Below, in pieces: positions 15,810 through 20,000 of a DNA stretch of 20,000 nucleotides (positions are counted from its first letter, which is position 1; each line of letters begins with the position of its first letter). The DNA is from an uncultured virus (IMG/VR IMGVR_UViG_3300030109_002855) (lineage: Duplodnaviria > Heunggongvirae > Uroviricota > Caudoviricetes). The translations under genes and the position numbers were made by a program. The notes under the pieces were generated by a model. The model ran no database searches. It saw only the letters and a program-made list of their open reading frames with translations, and was not told where the DNA came from. The DNA is taken from the IMG/VR virus record IMGVR_UViG_3300030109_002855, positions 51,555 to 71,554 of that record; one strand, 5' to 3'.

Positions 15810-18800
15810 TCAAACATCCTTTTTACTTTCATATGATTTAATTACTGTTGTACTTGTTTCCCCGAATCCCATATCAGTACCAAAACCTAATACTAAACCG
15901 AATCCCATAGTTGCAGGAGTACCTGCACTTGTGGTCTTAATCTCATATTTAATAAGATTGTTATCAATATTCATTTCATCAGTTAAAAATTTACCAACAG
16001 TTGTTTCAATTGAATTTATATTCAGTAAATTTAAATTAGTATTTTTTTGTTCTAAACTTATTTCTGATAATCTTTCAGCAATTGTTTTGTTAAATGTACC
16101 TACTGTTATTTCTGTTGTTCCTGATAATACATTTTCAATATCAAAAACAATGTAATCATCTTTAGGTATATTTTGATTAGGATAATCTAAAACTAAAATA
16201 TCTCCGGCTTCTAATAATTCAAGACCTTGCTTCTGAATTGTTAATTTAATTTTTCTAACTTCATTATTATGGCGATATAACAATTGTTCAGCCTTAATTT
16301 TTGCTTCATCCGGTGTCTTAATAGATGCATCAACATATCGTAACACCTTTGTTTGCCCTTTAGTAGGTATTTCTAGTTCGCTTTTTACTCCGTCACCAAC
16401 AACTATAACTTTATTCTTTTTATCAAATAAAGATTTATTAGAACTAATGTTAATTAAATTATTATTTTTCTTATAACTCATATGATATTTTCTTACTGAA
16501 TAATTATCGGAAGCATTTTTAAGAATTAATTTATTATTTTTAATAGTGTAATCCAAATCTTTCAACGTAGCCAAATAGTTCAATGCTGTAAAAGAATCTA
16601 TGGAGTCAAACTTAGCATTAGAAATAAATGTTTTTTTGTTTCTTTTAGTTAATTCATCATATGGAGAAGGAGTAAATATTATTCCGTTACCAAATGTAAC
16701 TGAAAACGAACCACTTGTTGTATTTCTAGCAGTAACTCTACCGATTAAATATCCGTCTTGATTGTATATAACATCATTAACAGATATGTCAATAGGACTA
16801 TTTTCTAAAGTAACTTCATTTCCACTAGAGTAATTACTCTTTACTATTACATCTGTATGTTCAGTTAAACTCTGTTGAATATCTGTACTCATACCTGATT
16901 CTCTACTAATCTCTTCTATGACATTGTTTACTTTATTTCCTAATCTAACTGTATTGCCCAAAAACGCATTCTTAGGAATAATATTTAATTTCTTAGGTAC
17001 AGTTAAATTAATTACTTTACCAAAGGAAACACATCCATTTGCTGAAATCTTACCGTCATATTCAAACTTTAATGCACTATTTGATTTTGTTACTGATAAG
17101 GATTTTCTCTGCTCATTTATACCATCACTAATAAAACAATCAATCTCTTCTCCATCTGTAAACATACCCATGTTAGCGAATAATCTTCTTTCTAAATATG
17201 TATTAGCAGTATCTATTTCTAATAACATATGCATGGAATAAACCCCTTCCGAATCAGTAGACTTAACTCCTTCTACACCGCCTGTTTTAAAGTCAGCAAA
17301 TACCTTATCATGTTGTAAGCCTGAGTCATCCATTACATTAATTTCAAAGAAATCAGGTGTTTCATCAAATGTGGTTTCTGATATTCTCATTAATCTATAT
17401 GTCCCCGCAGCACTCAAATCTTTATCGAAAGTAATTGTATGTACCCATTCAACCTTTGAATTAACAGTAGTTACTTGTTTCGTATGGCTAATTATTTTAC
17501 CAATATATGATGGAGTACCCGTTGTAGTTATATTTGGCCCAACTATGTATTGCCCTGTTAAATCTACCATATAGTGTAACCAATGATGTGTAGAACTACT
17601 ATTCATAGTTCTAGTAATTACACTAGGACTACTACTGTAATCACTTGAAACGATATTAAATTGCGGTTTTATTAACATTTGTGCTGAAAACATTTTACCA
17701 TATTCATCACCAGTTGATTGCTCACTATGTACAGTATTAGCCTGAGCCGTATTATTTGTGTTGATATTTTCTGTACCTCTTATCATTGGGTAATTTTCAG
17801 TTTTCATTCCTAAGAAAGTGGTAGGTAAATGTCTTGTGCCAGCATAATCAATACCAGTATTTTTACCTCTAACTAATAAGTTTTTAGAGTGTTGAGTTTG
17901 TTTATTTCCATCTGTATCTCCCGAAGTGAAATTCACATTTGTATCATTGTAATCATTATCTATTGTTAATTTACTACTGGAATCATAATCATATGAATTA
18001 GCCTCATCTTTAGTAGTAATATTTTTGATATCTTTAAACACAGCAATACAATTATCATAAATGGTTGTGCTAGGAAAATCAGCGTAGTAATGTTGTGTAA
18101 CTATTGCATTAGTATTATCAAATAAAGGAGAAGCCATTGCTGATAAAACTGATGAAATATGGTAAAGAGAACCACCTGATACTCCACCATTTACTGCTGC
18201 ACTTGGGGTAGTAGATTTTACACCATAATGTAATGCTGATTCTGTTAAATCTAAATCATTTATACTATCAGTTATAGATGAAAATAATGGAAGAAATGCA
18301 TTATGTGGCTCAAATCCAACAGCCGTACCGTTTTTTAAATAATTATAAGAAAAATATCTATCACCTAAATAAGTAAGTGCTAAATTAGGACTAGCAATGT
18401 ACGCTAAAGTAAAATTAATTCCACTATTAATACTACCAAACAAATCGGTATCCCCAATACTATACAAATAATCATCGGAAGAAAATTTTAAGGCATAAGC
18501 AGGTTCATTTACATTACTCCAAGTTACCCCATCTACTTTATTTGTGAATCTTTCTATTTGAGTTATAGGTACTCTAGGTATTTCATTTCTACTTTTTAAT
18601 GCATCCGAATCTATTGGATTAAAATGCCAATCAAATGTTGACTCAATTAATCTTATTACACCCCATCTTCGTAATTCTTTAGTGTTAGTTGCGTTAGAAT
18701 CATTTATAATAGTCATATCATAATCTTTGTCTTGCATTTCATCAGATGTAGTTTTTCCAACATAATTAGTATGTTCTCTTTGACTTCCCTTAGCCCCCTT

Positions 18801-20000
18801 GCCTTCTAGTAAAAGTCCATAGTTTTTGATAGGTGAATCAATGGAACTATGAGAAACATGATTATATCTTAGATAAGAATCAGGAAATAAATCACCTGCT
18901 GCAAACAGTTCGTATGTTCTAGCCCTGTAATCTTTTTGGATAAATAACTCTGCTTTATCTTCCAAACTATTACCTTCATTAAATGTACTCGCTACGAGAA
19001 ATCTAGTACCACTACTAAGAGCATTCATTTCCCAATAATTACTTGTTGCTGCGTTATCTTGACCATCAGTAGTCATGACATTTGCTGTTCTAACTGTGTT
19101 AGTTGTGCCTGTTTCTGTAAAGTTTTGTATTAAATTATTATTGGTTGTAATCGCTGTATCTTTATCTGCTCCTTCATTTGTAATATTGTGGGCTAAAGTG
19201 TATCCACTTATTTTACTGGGGGTTTTCCCATTTAAATAAATACTACTAGAATCATTATAATAAATAGTACCCGATTCAAATGTCTGTAAATCTACATATC
19301 TAAAAATATCTTTAGAGGTATAAAAATTATTAAAAGTATCATTTAATCTATGTAGATATCCACCTCTAGGTAGATTAGGATTTAACAAATACATACTCGC
19401 AGCCTTTGTGTGAGTTGTATTAATTCTAGTATCAGAAGTATTTACATCAATTAACCCTAAAGTTATAGGAAATTTGGAACTTACTTCAATTATAGATTTA
19501 TTAGTTTCAGATTCTATAACATCAACTACTGATAAATAATTAGAAGATTGTATTGATTTTGTAACTGTTTGTACATAATCATCTTGTTCATTTGCTAACT
19601 TGAACATAAAACTAGAATCAAAATCACTTACTGATTTTATTGAGTTAATATCATATCCTAACTCAGAATTATTATCTACATTAGAAGTAAGATTTAGATT
19701 TGTAGTTGCTAGTGCATTGTCAAATGAAACTGCTTTTTCAAAAGTGATTCCTAGTTCACTAGCACCTAATAAATCAGTAGGATGTTTCGACATTAAGGTA
19801 TTAGCACTCATGGCCTTATTTAGAGAAATAAAATTACTTTCACTAAATGGATTATAATAGTAATATGTAGTTCCATTTGTTATGCCGATATATGCTTTAT
19901 CTAGTAATGTTATAGTACTAGTGCCTGATGAGTGAGTTATACTACTAACCTCACCAATCAAATTTTTATTTGTATCAAATAATAAAGTATATTTTGGTAA
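15810..20000 (-). CDS. Large minor tail / baseplate hub-like virion protein, 5'-truncated at the window edge
   Basis: Frame stays open from 19961 to 20000 (LPKYTLLFDTNKNLIGEV...). The C-terminal NKVIVVGDG..DASIKTPDEAK..A..LL...LEAGD..YIVFDIE..EITVG region resembles the phage tail hub fold. Confidence 0.78.
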   Translation of the reverse strand, partial: LPKYTLLFDTNKNLIGEVSSITHSSGTSTITLLDKAYIGITNGTTYYYYNPFSESNFISLNKAMSANTLMSKHPTDLLGASELGITFEKAVSFDNALATTNLNLTSNVDNNSELGYDINSIKSVSDFDSSFMFKLANEQDDYVQTVTKSIQSSNYLSVVDVIESETNKSIIEVSSKFPITLGLIDVNTSDTRINTTHTKAASMYLLNPNLPRGGYLHRLNDTFNNFYTSKDIFRYVDLQTFESGTIYYNDSSSIYLNGKTPSKISGYTLAHNITNEGADKDTAITTNNNLIQNFTETGTTNTVRTANVMTTDGQDNAATSNYWEMNALSSGTRFLVASTFNEGNSLEDKAELFIQKDYRARTYELFAAGDLFPDSYLRYNHVSHSSIDSPIKNYGLLLEGKGAKGSQREHTNYVGKTTSDEMQDKDYDMTIINDSNATNTKELRRWGVIRLIESTFDWHFNPIDSDALKSRNEIPRVPITQIERFTNKVDGVTWSNVNEPAYALKFSSDDYLYSIGDTDLFGSINSGINFTLAYIASPNLALTYLGDRYFSYNYLKNGTAVGFEPHNAFLPLFSSITDSINDLDLTESALHYGVKSTTPSAAVNGGVSGGSLYHISSVLSAMASPLFDNTNAIVTQHYYADFPSTTIYDNCIAVFKDIKNITTKDEANSYDYDSSSKLTIDNDYNDTNVNFTSGDTDGNKQTQHSKNLLVRGKNTGIDYAGTRHLPTTFLGMKTENYPMIRGTENINTNNTAQANTVHSEQSTGDEYGKMFSAQMLIKPQFNIVSSDYSSSPSVITRTMNSSSTHHWLHYMVDLTGQYIVGPNITTTGTPSYIGKIISHTKQVTTVNSKVEWVHTITFDKDLSAAGTYRLMRISETTFDETPDFFEINVMDDSGLQHDKVFADFKTGGVEGVKSTDSEGVYSMHMLLEIDTANTYLERRLFANMGMFTDGEEIDCFISDGINEQRKSLSVTKSNSALKFEYDGKISANGCVSFGKVINLTVPKKLNIIPKNAFLGNTVRLGNKVNNVIEEISRESGMSTDIQQSLTEHTDVIVKSNYSSGNEVTLENSPIDISVNDVIYNQDGYLIGRVTARNTTSGSFSVTFGNGIIFTPSPYDELTKRNKKTFISNAKFDSIDSFTALNYLATLKDLDYTIKNNKLILKNASDNYSVRKYHMSYKKNNNLINISSNKSLFDKKNKVIVVGDGVKSELEIPTKGQTKVLRYVDASIKTPDEAKIKAEQLLYRHNNEVRKIKLTIQKQGLELLEAGDILVLDYPNQNIPKDDYIVFDIENVLSGTTEITVGTFNKTIAERLSEISLEQKNTNLNLLNINSIETTVGKFLTDEMNIDNNLIKYEIKTTSAGTPATMGFGLVLGFGTDMGFGETSTTVIKSYESKKDV

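Larger units (their letters stand above)
1..20000. mobile_element. Fragment of a tailed archaeal dsDNA virus (Caudoviricetes), probably Poseidoniales/MGII-infecting (magrovirus-like)
   Basis: Archaeal-type replication genes (PriS-PriL primase, XPF, MCM-like helicase) lie next to a giant tail fibre and a hub-like protein. Genes are dense and overlapping, SD motifs are GGTGA/GGAGG, and there are no cellular housekeeping genes. The host assignment is inferred from gene content. Confidence 0.8.

Noticed and set aside
5762..19857. Many + strand ORFs opposite the tail genes (e.g. 9084-9293, 9825-10157, 11391-11642, 13023-13301, 16918-17241) and the nested minus ORF 12346-12540
   Set aside because: Expected by-products of T/A/G/S-rich codon bias on the coding strand; mostly non-ATG starts, no SD, and V/P/A/S-rich nonsense composition.
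19961..20000. TTG 19961 as the start of the large tail protein
   Set aside because: The frame stays open to the window edge and there is no SD, so the gene begins outside the window.

Overview
AT-rich (roughly one-third GC, by eye) fragment of a tailed dsDNA virus genome that most likely infects an archaeon; gene content fits marine Poseidoniales/MGII viruses ('magrovirus'-like), which is an inference. Two gene blocks converge at about 5440-5495. The + strand block (1-5440) is a tightly coupled replication/repair operon: an AEP primase with a fused PriL-type 4-Cys C-terminal domain, a short XPF/ERCC4-HhH2 nuclease, an N-terminally shortened MCM-like AAA+ helicase, a DUF4177-like protein, a stand-alone DEDDy 3'-5' exonuclease and several small ORFs. 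The - strand block (5496-20000) is the tail module: a 5'-truncated hub/minor tail protein, a collar/baseplate-like protein, a 2754-aa mosaic tail fibre, a putative tip adhesin, a class I SAM-dependent methyltransferase, a fibre-associated small protein and a small membrane protein. Main observations beyond the ORF track: four missed small genes, including a 49-aa zinc ribbon with exact TFS/TFIIS cysteine spacing but no catalytic DE (candidate RNA polymerase modulator) and a 51-aa membrane protein whose SD lies in a hairpin; a 20-pair strand-specific terminator hairpin; and no GATC or AGCT found anywhere in the 20 kb by manual reading.
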